Positions 1 through 12,163 of a DNA stretch of 64,000 nt are shown in pieces. Each line of letters begins with the position of its first letter. The stretch's first letter is position 1. Source of the stretch: Squalus acanthias. Lineage: Eukaryota. The notes beneath the pieces are model-generated. The model saw only the letters and a program-made list of their open reading frames with translations, was not told the origin of the DNA and ran no database searches. The stretch is taken from NCBI GenBank assembly GCA_030390025.1, contig CM059433.1:1860001-1924000 (forward strand), read 5' to 3'. A program made the translations under genes and the position numbers.

Positions 1-2758
1 GAAATGAAACAGGTTATTTTTTTGACTGAAGGAGGCCCCGAGGTGTATGAAACCCTGAAAAATGTGCTTCTTCCCGCCGAAGGACACGCCACTGAAGGAG
101 ATCCTAACCAAGTTAGAACAGCACTGCAGTCCTGAGCCCCTGGAAATTGCTGAAAGTTATTATTTTGGAACACGCGATCAATTAAATGAGGAGGGTATCA
201 GTGAGTACATTGTAGCTTTAAAAAAGCTGTCCATTCACTGTCATTTCAGAAACTTTCAGGACCGAGCTTTGCGTGACCGCTTTGTTTGTGGGTTGAAAAA
301 AGAACGTATCAGAAGTAAATTGATGACAACCCGTAACCCGACTTTTGACTTAGCTTGTCAGACAGCTGTCGATGGATATGGTCGACCGACACTCCCGAGA
401 GTTCCGTGCCATTTACAGTCGTCAGACAACCGAGGTGAATCGGCTGCAGGCTAAAAGTAAAAGGCATCTTGTGAAGGCGTGCCGACAGAAGAGTAAACCG
501 ACTGGCAATGCTAGAAGTAGAAATCGCCAGACACTACATACCGTTGAAGAGAAGCAGCAGGGCGAGGAGTTTCTGGAGATTCACGTCATCAGGAGCATGA
601 TGATATCTAACAGCGATTTGCAAGGTATTGTCATCCAAGTAGATGTCGCAGGAACCAGGATACCCATGGAAATCGACACTGGTGCATCCGTGAGCGTAGT
701 ACCGGAATCACTATATCGCAACAAGTTGCGTGATTATCGACTAGAGAAATCGAAGGTAGAGCTGCGAGGCTACTCAGGAGAGCAAATCCCTGCAGTAGGA
801 AGTGTCACCATACCAGTGAAATACAAGGATCAGTGTCAGAGCTTGCTTCTCAGAGCAGTGGCAGGAGACAAGCCTGCCTTGATAGGTAGAAATTGGTTGG
901 GATCACGGAAGCTGGATTGGAATGAGATTTTTCATGTGGAAGCGAAATTTGCATTGAAAGATGATGTCATCAAGCAGTATCCGAAGGTGTTCAGTGAAAC
1001 GGGCAGTCCGATCCCAGACTTCAAGGCGAGTGTCAGAGTGCAGAAGGACGCAAGACCAGTTTACTGCAAGCCACGTCCCGTACCATACGCACTCAAGGAG
1101 AAAGTTGAGCAAGAACTCAAAAGACTAGAAACTGAGAACATTATCTCTAAGGTAGATCTGAGTAATTGGGCTACACCCATTGTGGTTGTACCTAAGTCAG
1201 ATGGTAAGGTAAGATTGTGTGGTGATTATAAGGTAACCGTAAACCAGGTTCTAGAGTGTAATCTACCCAATACGTTGCCAAATGTGGAAGATTTGTTCAC
1301 AACGCTGACAGGTGGCCAGATCTTTTCGAAGTTTGATCTAACAAATGCCTACCTACAACTTGAATTAGATGAAGAGTCCAAGTCATGCTTGACTATAAAT
1401 ACTCACCGAGGCCTATATCAGTTCAATAGGCTACCATTTGGAGTGTCTTCTGTCCCCGACATATTCCAGGGGGTGATGAACCAAATTTTGCAAGGGATTG
1501 AAGGGGTAGTATGTTATTTGGATGACAGACTCATTTCAGCACCAAACAGGCAAATCCATGATGAGGTGTTGAATGAAGTGCTCAAACGGCTAGAGAAGCA
1601 CAGAGTACGAGTGACAGCTCACAAGTGTGAGTTGTTTCAAAACTCAGTGGAGTATTTAGGGCACAGAGTAGACAAAGATGGTTTACATCCAACCAAGGGA
1701 AAGCTGGATGCAATCAGAAATGCACCCACTCCCAAGAATGTCTCTCAACTTCGATCATTTTTGGGTCTTTTAAATTATTACGGAAAGTTCGTCCCAAACT
1801 TGGCTACATTGTTACATCCACTGAATGAGCTGTTGAGAAAACAGGTCCCTTGGAAGTGGTCAAAAGAATGTGACACAGCATTCAAAGAGTGTAAAAGCCA
1901 GTTAGTAGAGAGTATCACGTTAGTTCACTATGATGTATCTAAGGAGATCAAGCTAGCGTGTGACACCTCTCCGTACAGAGTTGGGGCAGTGATCTCTCAT
2001 GTACTAGATAGTGGGGAGGAGAGACCAATTGCTTTTGCTTCACGCACTCTCAGTGCCAGTGAGCGGAATTATGCACAGATCGAAAGGGAAGCTTTGTCAT
2101 TGATTTTTGGGGTCAAGAAGTTTAACAAATACTTGTTTGGTCGTAAGTTTACCATAGTTACTGACCATAAGCCCCAGACAGCAATCGTCCATCCAAAGTC
2201 CCCAGTTCCAACTTTAGTTGCAGCCTGAATGCAGAGATGGGCTTTGATTTTGTCAGCATATACGTATGACATTGAGTACAGACGATCAGCTGATCACAGT
2301 AATGCTGATGCTATGTCCAGGTTGCCATCCTCATCACAAGTTACACCCAATAGGGAGGAAGTGTTCTATTTCTCATACATTGATGAGCTGCCAGTCACAG
2401 CTGAAGAGATTGGTAGGGCAACCAAACGTGACCCAATTAAATCAAAGGTGTATGATTACATAGCAAATGGATGGCCAAACCAGGTATCAGAGGAAGATAA
2501 CCATCCATACTTCGTTCGTAGGAATGAATTGTCAGTGGATAAAGATTGTATCATGTGGGGAGCAAGTGTGGTTATCCCAAATAGGTTCAGGTCTAAATTG
2601 TTAGGAGATTTTCATGACCAGCACCTGGGAATGTGCTTGACCAAGAGCTTTGCACGCAGTTACTTATGGTGGCCAGGTTTAGATAAAGAGTTAGAGTACA
2701 TAGTCAGTCAGTGTACAACATGTCAATCGGTGAGCAAGAAACCACCATCAGTACCATT
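1..2758 (+). pseudogene. Gypsy gag-pol, 5' part (gag remnant, aspartic protease, RT, RNase H, integrase Zn finger)
   Basis: Gag motif LRDRFVCGL; protease MEIDTGASVS; RT LPFG...YLDD; RNase H LACDTS...EREAL...TDHKP; integrase H-H-C-C. Frameshift near 370 and in-frame TGA at 2226-2228. Confidence 0.93.
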
Positions 2759-2780
2759 TCTGCCGTGACACCACAGACTT

Positions 2781-3385
2781 AGAACATAGAACATAGAACA
2801 GTACAGCACAGTACAGGCCCTTCGGCCCTCGATGTTGTGCCGAGCATTGTCCGAGACCAAGATCAAGCTATCACACTCCCTATCACTCTGGTGTGCTCCA
2901 TGTGCTTATCCAATAACCGCTTGAAAGTTCCTAAAGTGTCCGACTCCACTATCACAGCAGGCAGTCCATTCCACACCCCAACCACTCTCTGAGTAAAGAA
3001 TCTACCTCGGACATCCCTTCTATATCTCCCCCCATGCACCTTCTAGTTATGCCCCCTTGTAACAGCTGCCTCTACCCGAGGAAATAGTCTCTGAACATCC
3101 ACTCTATCTATCCCCCTCATCATCTTATAAACCTCCATTAAGTCGCCTCTCATCCTCCTCCGCTCTAAAGAGAAAAGCCCCAACTCCCTCAATCTTTCCT
3201 CATAAGACCTCCCCCCCAAACCAGGCAGCATCCTGGTAAATCTCCTTTGCACTCTTTCCAATGCTTCTACGTCCTTCCTATAGTGAGGTGACCAGAACTG
3301 CACACAATATTCCAAATGTGGTCTCACCAAGGTCCTGTACAGTTGCAGCATAACCTCACGGTTCTTAAACTCAAACCCTCTGTTA
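2781..3385 (-). mobile_element. CR1 LINE 3' fragment nested in Penelope A
   Basis: [15 protein letters not shown] motif and (TTCTATG)n-type tail; TTA microhomology at the 5' junction. Confidence 0.93.
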
Positions 3386-3619
3386 CAGAAACTCAGCGCC
3401 CACGGACCAGTTGAACCAGGAACACTCCTCGCCACGATGGACGTATCGGCACTCTACACCAGTATCCCCCACGATGACAGCATCGCTGCGACAGCCTCAG
3501 TACTCAACACCAACAACAGCTAATCTCCAGACGCCATCCTACAACTCATCCGCTTCATCCTTGACCACAATGTCTTCACCTTCGACAACCATTTTTTTAC
3601 CCAAACACACGGAACAGCC

Positions 3620-4807
3620 ATGGGGACCAAATTCGCACCCCAATACGCCAACATCTTCATACACAAGTTCGAGCAAGACTTCTTCGCTGCACAGGACCTC
3701 CAACCAACGCTGTACACCAGATACATCGACGACATTTTCTTCCTTTGGACCCATGGCGAAGGATCACTGAAAAGACTACACGATAACATAAACAAGTTCC
3801 ATCCCACCATCAAACTCACCATGGACTACTCCTCAGAATCGGTTTCATTCCTGGACACACGAATCTCCATCAAAGACGGACACCTCAGCACTTCACTCTA
3901 CCGCAAGCCCACGGACAACCTCACGATACTCCACTTCTCCAGCTTCCACCCTAACCACGTTAAAGAAGCCATCCCCTATGGACAAGCCCTGCGAATACAC
4001 AGGATCTGCTCAGACGAGGAGGAACGCGATGGACACCTACGGACGCTGAAAAATGCCCTCGTAAGAACGGGATATGACGCTCGACTCATCGATCGACAGT
4101 TCCGATGGGCCACAGCGAAAAATCGCATAGACCTCCTCAGAAGGCAAACACGGGACACAACCAACAGGGTACCCTACATCGTCCAGTACTTCCCCGGAGC
4201 GGAGAAACTACGCCATGTTCTTCGCAGCCTTCAACATGTCATCGATGACGACGAACACCTCGCTAAGGCCATCCCCACGCCTCCACTACTTGCCTTCAAA
4301 CAGCCGCCTAACCTCAGAAGTACCATCGTTCGCAGCAAATTACCCAGCTTTCAGGATAACAGCGACCACGACACCACACAACCCTGCCACGGCAACCTCT
4401 GCAAGACATGCCAGATCATCAACACAGATACCATCATCACACGTGAGGACACTACCCACCAGGTACATGGTACATACTCATGTGACTCGGCCAACGTTGT
4501 CTACCTCATACGTTGCAGGAAAGAATGCACCGCGGCATGGTACATCGACGAGACCATGCAGACACTGAGACAACGTATGAATGGACACCGCGCAACAATC
4601 ACCAGGCAGGAGTGTTCCCTCCCAGTCGGGGAACACTTCAGCAGTCAAGGACATTCAGCCTCGGATCTGCGGGTAAGCGTTCTCCAAGGCGGCCTTAGAA
4701 ACACACGACAACGCAAAATCATCGAGCAGAAACTGATAGCCAAGTTCCGCACTCATGAGGACGGCCTCAACCGGGATCTTGGGTTTATGTCACGATACAT
4801 GACGTGA
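3620..4807 (+). pseudogene. Penelope-like RT C-terminus plus GIY-YIG endonuclease
   Basis: MGTKFAP, RYIDD, FLD, YRKPT and VVYLIRC...WYIDET motifs (YIG glycine is D here, G in the 51.6-kb copy). Upstream in-frame stop at 3521. Confidence 0.9.
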
Positions 4808-5118
4808 TCCAGACTCGAGTTGTCGTTGGCTTGTTCACAGATGTGATTCCCAGTAAAAAAGTAAAAATTTTAAAGTTTATCGTTTTACATACCGACTGCA
4901 GCTTTTGACACATTAGACCCCCTGTAACTCCACCTCATTGTCTCAGTTGTATCTTGCTATGTCTTTGATGTGGTACCTTCCTGGCTGACCTGATTGCCTT
5001 TTGTCACACCTCGGCAGATAAACAGTCAGGATGATTAAATTTAGTCATCTGCCATTGTAAGTTACACATGCATTGTTCTCTATCTATATATGCTTTGTCG
5101 ATTCTGTATTTCTTTACT

Positions 5119-5159
5119 TCACCTGAGGAAGGGGCCACGTAAGCTCCGAAAGCTTGTGA
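5119..5159 (+). ncRNA. Minimal type I hammerhead ribozyme motif in Penelope A 3' region
   Basis: TCAC-CTGAGGA-A-GGGGC/GCTCC stem-GAAA-GCTT-GTGA: conserved core, stems I and II, palindromic AAGCTT at stem III. Confidence 0.75.
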
Positions 5160-5220
5160 TTTCAAATAAAACTGTTGGACTATAACCTGGTGTTGTGCGA
5201 CTTCTCATTTTAGTACCATT

Positions 5221-6310
5221 ACAGACATGGAAATGGCCTCCCAGAGTGTGGCAAAGGTTACATGTAGATTTTGCTGAGCTAGAAGGACAGCAATTGTTCA
5301 TAGTGATAGATAGTCACTCGAAGTGGTTAGAGGTGTTTCCGATGCGGATAATAACAACAAGCAAAACACTAGACAATTTGCGAAGATTGTTTTCTTCATA
5401 CGGCCTCCCAGAAGAAATTGTGCCTGATAATGGGCCGCAAATTTGTTCAGAAGAGTTTACACAGTTCATGAGCAGAAACGGTGTGAAACATACCAAAGTT
5501 CCACCGTACCACCCTGCTTCAAATGGTGCAGCAGAGCGCACAGTACAAATTATCAAACGTGCCCTCATCAAGCAAATGTTGAATCCAAATCCAAAGAAAC
5601 ATCAGTTGTCGTTGGACCACAAACTGGCAAATTTTCTGATTACCTATCAGAATACTCCTCATACCACTACTGGTAGAAAACCAGCAGTGTTGTTTCTCAA
5701 ACGACAGCCACAAACCAGGTTCTCGTTGTTAAAGCCAAACTTGGCACAGTCCGTAGAGGAGAAACAATCAAGGCAGAAAGAGAGTCATGATAAAGGTAGA
5801 GTTAGAGAGAGAAGTGTGAAGTTGAACCGGAAGGTTAGAGCGAAGAACCATCACCATAAATGGTTAAAGTGGTTACCAGGAAGAGTAGTGAAGATATGAG
5901 GCCCTCGCACATATTTGGTCAAGATGTTTGATCATGGAAAGGTTAGGTTTGTTCACATTGATCATACCTTACCTACAGATGTGGAAGGAGTTGAAAGTTG
6001 GGATGATTCAATTTATTCTGATGAGTCAGATAATCTTGTTATAAGTAGAGTACCAGCAGCAAATCCTACATCAGACGTACCAGAAACAAGTCCAAGACAA
6101 AGTCAGAATTTAAGTCTGAGCCCGAGTCAGGCAGACAAACAGTCTGGAAGTGTAGAGTCCAAACGTAGATCAAGGTCAGCCCTTGGAGAAAATTCTCTGC
6201 AGGCTCAACCTAGAATGAGTCAAAGTCCTACAACAAGCTCTGAAAGTTCTGTTTAAGAAAGAAGGTATCCTCTTCGAAACAGAAAACCAGTGGTTAAGTT
6301 TAATCTGTAA
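5221..6310 (+). pseudogene. Gypsy integrase catalytic core and C-terminus
   Basis: WQRLHVDF, DNGPQ and SNGAAER motifs. Reads on from KKPPSVP at 2750 once the insertion is removed. Premature stops at 5899 and 6256. Confidence 0.92.
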
Positions 6311-6468
6311 ATATAGAAAATAAGTTCATATCTTTTGATCGTGTTACAGAATTCTATAGTAGAATTTGGAAACATAAAAGGGGTTCCATTTGAGAAATGT
6401 ATACCAAGAGTTGTGTATACCATGCAAGTCATGTACAATGATTAACTTCTTCAATAAGGAGGGAGAAG

Positions 6469-6588
6469 TATAATAGAGCCACCTGGTGGACTACTGATGT
6501 ATATAATAATAAAGCCATATGCAGTACAGTTCTTACTGGAAGCCAGGTTGTGCGGTTGTACAGATAGGCTGTGTCTCAAGTTATCACA
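6469..6588 (+). repeat. Putative short 3' LTR (about 120 bp)
   Basis: Starts immediately after the PPT (TA instead of canonical TG), contains AATAAA and ends in ACA. The 5' LTR is not in the window, so it cannot be confirmed. Confidence 0.55.
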
Positions 6589-7668
6589 CCCTCCAACCTC
6601 CCCACCCACTAAAATTCCCATCCCGTATCGTGAGAGTGATTCCAAACAGCTCTGTTTTGCAGACATGGTGTGGAATTGCCAGAACAATTTGCTGGCTTTA
6701 AGGTAACTGCCAGCTGGCATCGCCAAGCTGTTTCACTTAGTTTCTCCTTTTTACTCTTCAACATAAAGAGAATGGAACTTAAAAGGAGAGTATTGCATTA
6801 TACATTGTTGCTTATATTCACTAATGTTTCCGTAACTGAAGTATAACTTTGAGTTCTGTCATAAATCCATCTAACACCCCTCAGCACTTTCACATTCTGA
6901 CTTCACACACTGTTATTTTACATACAGGTTTGCAGACAGATACATGTTCATGTTTTACCAATGTTTTGCATTCTGCTTTAATGGAAATAATTTTAGAAAC
7001 ACTTTAAATGGACAATCAAAACTACAGAAGTCTTGTCCTGAGGAAACTACATTGAACATGTCATGGAGTGTGCGTACAAATATAGTGAGGATACGCATGT
7101 GGATTTCTGATTGACTCTCCCATACCTCCAGCATGGAGACAGATTAGCCAGCCCTGAAGTTTCAGCACTGCCTAATACAAAATGAAAGGCAGGAATCGGC
7201 ATGAAACCAATATAGGAGACATACAAAGAGCTAAATCCCACTAAAGCTTTTGGTCTCTCAGCACAACACACATAACATTCTTTTTTTCCTTGTAAAATGT
7301 TTTGTATTTTCTCTCCTCCTCTTTACTAAGTCTATCCTGGCCCAAGCACTATTCACAGGTCAAGATGGTGGGGTAGGACATCCATGTCCAGTCCTCTGTG
7401 AATGACCATCTGCTACCTGACCAAATGCTAGAGGAAGATTAAGAGCTGCCTGGGCATTTTTCCCCATTGGTTTATCTCCCTCCCTGTGGGGGAAGTTGTT
7501 TGACTCAACTCAGCAATTTATCCTCAAACCAAGGCTATAATTTAGAACCCAGCGTTTGGCAGAATCATGAGTTTGAATCCATGCCTTATTGCTCTGTGGT
7601 ATTTTGAAGCTCTTGCTAGTTATGATATTGTATGTTCGATTACATGTTGCGCACCAGCTTGGTATGCA

Positions 7669-8083
7669 ATAGCAAGCTGGCCCTCCAACATACAACATCA
7701 TAGCAAGCTGACCCTCCAACATACAACATCATAGCAAGCTGGCCCTCCAACATACAACATCATAGCAAGCTGGCCCTCCAACATACAACATCATAGCAAG
7801 CTGGCCCTCCAACATACAACATCATAGCAAGCTGACCCTCCAACATACAACATCATAGCAAGCTGACCCTCCAACATACAACATCATAGCAAGCTGGCCC
7901 TCCAACATACAACATCATAGCAAGCTGACCCTCCAACATACAACATCATAGCAAGCTGACCCTCCAACATACAACATCATAGCAAGCTGGCCCTCCAACA
8001 TACAACATCATAGCAAGCTGGCCCTCCAACATACAACATCATAGCAAGCTGGCACACCAACATACAACATCATAGCAAGCTGG
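7669..8083 (+). repeat. 31-bp minisatellite, about 13 units (CAACATACAACATCATAGCAAGCTGGCCCTC)
   Basis: Directly visible tandem units with few variants. Confidence 0.97.
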
Positions 8084-8467
8084 TACCCCCTTGCCCATCA
8101 TATTGCCATCTTTGAGCAAGGATGATCTGAAGATGTGCAATTCTCAGTGGTCATTATGCAGTTCTGTACTGGATGAGGGTGAGAATATAGAACTCAAACC
8201 CAAGTTCGATAAATAAGTCCAGCAGAGTTGTTTCTCAGCTGCTGGCTTCTAACCTTTGCCTCTCAAATTCAAATCAATACTCACCCCTAATTATGCAGTA
8301 CATTTGGGATTGAAATATCATTGAATTTGTGCGTCTTTAATCCATCTAGTGTGGTATCCAATCCTTCCAATCTGTATAAAATAGGAACAAGCAAATTGGC
8401 AATGTATTGATTTGGTTCAGGCTGCAATATAGCTGGACGCCAGTTTGGGTTTTTGATTGCATACCCC

Positions 8468-9573
8468 AGAAATGAGGACTGGCGGACAGCTAATGTGATT
8501 CCTATATTTAGAAAGGGAGATACAACAAGTCCAGGGAACTATAGACCAATTAGCTTAACGTCGGCGGTAGGAAAGATAATGGAATCCTTACTCAAAGATG
8601 TAATAGAAAAATATCTAGAAACTGAAAATATAATAAAGAGTAGTCAGCATGGATTTCAAAAGGGAAGGTCATGCTTGATCAAACTTATTGAATATTTTGA
8701 AGAAGTAACTGAAAGGTTAGACAAGGGTAATGCAGTAGACATAATATATTTGGATTTTCAAAAGGCCTTCGATAAGGTGCTGCATAGTAGACTCATGACT
8801 AAGATCAGAACATGTGGAGTCAGGGTCAAGTGGCAGAATGGATCGAAAGCTGGCTACAAAACATAAAACAGAGACTAGAGGTTAAAGGTTGTTACTGAGA
8901 CTGGTGGAAGGTGGGAAGTGGTGTTCCACAGGGATCGGTGCTGGGACCACTGTTGTTCACCAGTTACATAAACGATTTGGACTCAGGAATGAGAAGTACA
9001 ATTTCAAAATTTGCGGACAGCACCAAATTGGGGGTGGAGGGGGGTGGTGGGTGGAGGATATAGAGGCACTGGAGAAAGGAGCAAAAACGATTTACTAGGA
9101 TAATAGGATAACTGAGAGGTTTTACCTATCAAGAAAAATTGAACAGACTGTGACTCTGTTCTCTGGAAAAGACAAGAGTGAGGGGTGACCTGACAGAGGT
9201 CTTTAAGATTATGAAAGGGTTTGATGGGGTAAACATAACGAAGATGTTTCCACTTGCAGGGGGGACCTGAACTAGGGGCCATAAATATAAGATAGTCACT
9301 AATAAATCCAATAGGGAATTGAGGAGAAATTTCTTTACCCAGAGAGTGGTGAGAATGTGGAACTCGCTACCACAAGGAGTGGTTGAGGTGACTAGCATAG
9401 ATGCATTTAAAAGGAAGCTAGATAAACAAATGAGGTAGAAAGGAATATAAGGATATGTTGATGGGGTTACATGAAATGGGGTGGGAGGAGGCTCATGTGG
9501 AGCATAAACACTGGCATGGACCTGCTGGGTTGAATGGCCTGTTTCTGTGCTGTAAATACTATGTAATACTATG
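8468..9573 (+). mobile_element. Degraded CR1 fragment with internal deletion
   Basis: NYRPISLTS, QHGF and YLDFQKAFD motifs; jumps from the FAD region to EDIEALE near 9055; CR1-type 3' tail. Confidence 0.9.
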
Positions 9574-9575
9574 TG

Positions 9576-10783
9576 ATGTTGTATGTTGGAGGGCCAGCTT
9601 GCTATGATGTTGTATGTTGGAGGGCCAGCTTGCTATGATGTTGTATGTTGGTGTGCCAGCTTGCTATGATGTTGTATGTTGGAGGGCCAGCTTGCTATGA
9701 TGTTGTATGTTGGGGTGTCAGCTTGCTATGATGTTGTATGTTGGAGGGTCAGCTTGCTATGATGTTGTATGTTGGAGGGCCAGCTTGCTATGATGTTGTA
9801 TGTTGGGGTGCCAGCTTGCTATGATATTGTATGTTGGAGGGTCAGCTTGCTATGATGTTGTATGTTGGAGGGTCAGCTTGCTATGATGTTGTATGTTGGA
9901 GGGCCAGCTTGCTATGATGTTGTATGTTGGTGTGCCAGCTTGCTATGATGTTGTATGTTGGAGGGCCAGCTTGCTATGATGTTGTATGTTGGGGTGCCAG
10001 CTTGCTATGATGTTGTATGTTGGAGGGCCAGCTTGCTATGATGTTGTATGTTGGAGGGCCAGCTTGCTATGATGTTGTATGTTGGAGGGCCAGCTTGCTA
10101 TGATGTTGTATGTTGGAGGGCCAGCTTGCTATGATGTTGTATGTTGGAGGGCCAGCTTGCTATGATGTTGTATGTTGGGGTGCCAGCTTGCTATGATGTT
10201 GTATGTTGGAGGGCCAGCTTGCTATGATGTTGTATGTTGGTGTGCCAGCTTGCTATGATGTTGTATGTTGGAGGGCCAGCTTGCTATGATGTTGTATGTT
10301 GGAGGGCCAGCTTGCTATGATGTTGTATGTTGGCGGGCCAGCTTGCTATGATGTTGTATGTTGGAGGGCCAGCTTGCTATGATGTTGTATGTTGGAGGGC
10401 CAGCTTGCTATGATGTTGTATGTTGGAGGGCCAGCTTGCTATGATGTTGTATGTTGGAGGGCCAGCTTGCTATGATGTTGTATGTTGGGGTGCCAGCTTG
10501 CTATGATGTTGTATGTTGGTGTGCCAGCTTGCTATGATATTGTATGTTGGAGGGACAGCTTGCTATGATGTTGTATGTTGGAGGGTCAGCTTGCTATGAT
10601 GTTGTATGTTGGTGTGCCAGCTTGCTATGATATTGTATGTTGGAGGGCCAGCTTGCTATGATGTTGTATGTTGGAGGGCCAGCTTGCTATGATGTTGTAT
10701 GTTGGAGGGTCAGCTTGCTATGATGTTGTATGTTGGTGTGCCAGCTTGCTATGATGTTGTATGTTGGAGGGTCAGCTTGCTAT
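9576..10783 (-). repeat. Same 31-bp minisatellite in inverted orientation, about 39 units
   Basis: ATGTTGTATGTTGGAGGGCCAGCTTGCTATG is the reverse complement of the 7669 unit. Confidence 0.97.
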
Positions 10784-11604
10784 GGCAGTGTTTCACCTAG
10801 GGATCTGTTGCTTGCCGTTTTGTTCAGCATAATTGTGTTTGCCTCTGGAGTAATCTTGAGAGTTAGCTTGAAAAACAGTCAACTTAATGTATAATAGCGA
10901 CATGATTTGAATAAAGTGAGCAGAAATGGGTCAGTATATGTTAACTACAAGATCCTCAATTTATAAAATGTAAGCGAAATGTAATAAAGAACGATACTAC
11001 ATATGGGAGAAACGCAGCGACCAATGGTTGATTCGTTTTCAGTGGCTCAGTCCTGTGTGGTATATAGACAGAAATCAACACTGCAACATGGGCTCAAGGG
11101 ATGGATTATAGAAGAAACATTAGTGAGTAATGTGGGTGTCGACAGTTCCATGAAGGGTAGGAACAGGTGGGTTAATAAAAATGAAGGCTTTCTGAGTTAT
11201 GACGGACCTGCAGAAAGTGAAGATCAACGGTGGGAAAATCATTACTCCCGGTCCCTCGGGAAGACATCAGAGGGGATGAACCTTGGTTCAGTTTTCAATT
11301 TCAGTCTGTTTTTCTTAATTTTACTCTCTGAGATGAAATGGGCATCAAAATGTCAGCTGCAACTCTTCAAATTTTCCCAAGTTTCTTGTTATTAATCAGA
11401 GTAACAGACGGAATATTGTTGGCAGTTTCATTATATTGTGCAATTGAAGTGTCCAGTAAAAACAATTGATGCAGTGTCTATTAATGCCTTCAAACAACAG
11501 CTGGATAAATATCTGCTTAAGAATGGAGTTGAAGGCTTTTGGGATAAATATAGGCAGATATGATCCAACGGTCCATGAAACATGATTTGTTTCTGTGCTG
11601 TGCG

Positions 11605-12163
11605 GATGAGGGATGCTGAGAGGTTGTTTCCCATGGCTGGAGAGTCTGGAACCAGCGGGCACAGTCTCAGGATAAGGGGTCGGCCATTTAGGACTGAGAT
11701 GAGCCGAAATTTCTTCACTCAGAGGGTTCTGAATCTTTGGAATTCTCTACCCCAGAGAGCTGTAGATGCTGAGTCGTTGAGTAAATTCACAACTGAGAGC
11801 AATAGATTTTTGAGCACTCAGGGAATCAAGGGATATGGGGATAGGGCGGGAATGTGGAGTTGATGTAGAAGTTCAGCCAGCAGCTTATGTAATGGCGGAG
11901 CAGGCTCGAGGGGCCGTGTGACGGAGCAGGCTCGAGGGGCCGTGTGGCGGAGCAGGCTCGGGGGGGCCGTATGGCGGAGCAGGCTCGAGGGGCCGTGTGG
12001 CGGAGCAGGCTCGAGGGGCCATGTGGCGGAGCAGACTCGAGGGGCCGTGTGGCGGAGCAGGCTCGAGGGGCCGTATGGCGGAGCAGGCTCGAGGGGCTGT
12101 GTGGCGGAGCAGGCTCGAGGGGCTGTATAGCCGACTCCTGCTCCTAATTCTTATGTTCTTATG
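11605..12163 (+). mobile_element. CR1 3' fragment
   Basis: RNFFTQRVLNLWNSLP motif and TTCTTATG tail. Confidence 0.9.
11894..12127 (+). repeat. 26-bp tandem repeat x9 within a CR1 3' UTR
   Basis: GGCGGAGCAGGCTCGAGGGGCCGTGT units starting at 11894, 11920, 11946 and onward. Confidence 0.95.

Larger units (their letters stand above)
2759..5211 (+). mobile_element. Penelope-like element, family A, 5'-truncated
   Basis: RT plus GIY-YIG ORF. Flanked by the 9-bp direct repeat AGTACCATT (2750-2758 and 5212-5220). The 5' stub 2759-2780 (CRDTTD) rejoins LQKLS at about 3383. Confidence 0.92.
1..6588 (+). mobile_element. Ty3/Gypsy LTR retrotransposon, 5' end outside window, interrupted at 2759-5211
   Basis: Domain order gag-PR-RT-RH-IN. 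Polypurine tract AAGGAGGGAGAAG at 6456-6468 is followed by a short LTR-like segment. Confidence 0.95.

Noticed and set aside
2759..5211. A single fixed CR1-Penelope composite element
   Set aside because: Breakpoints and nesting order differ between the two loci; kept only as a co-occurrence hypothesis.
7669..10783. CRISPR-like array
   Set aside because: Units are contiguous with no unique spacers, there are no cas genes, and the context is eukaryotic.
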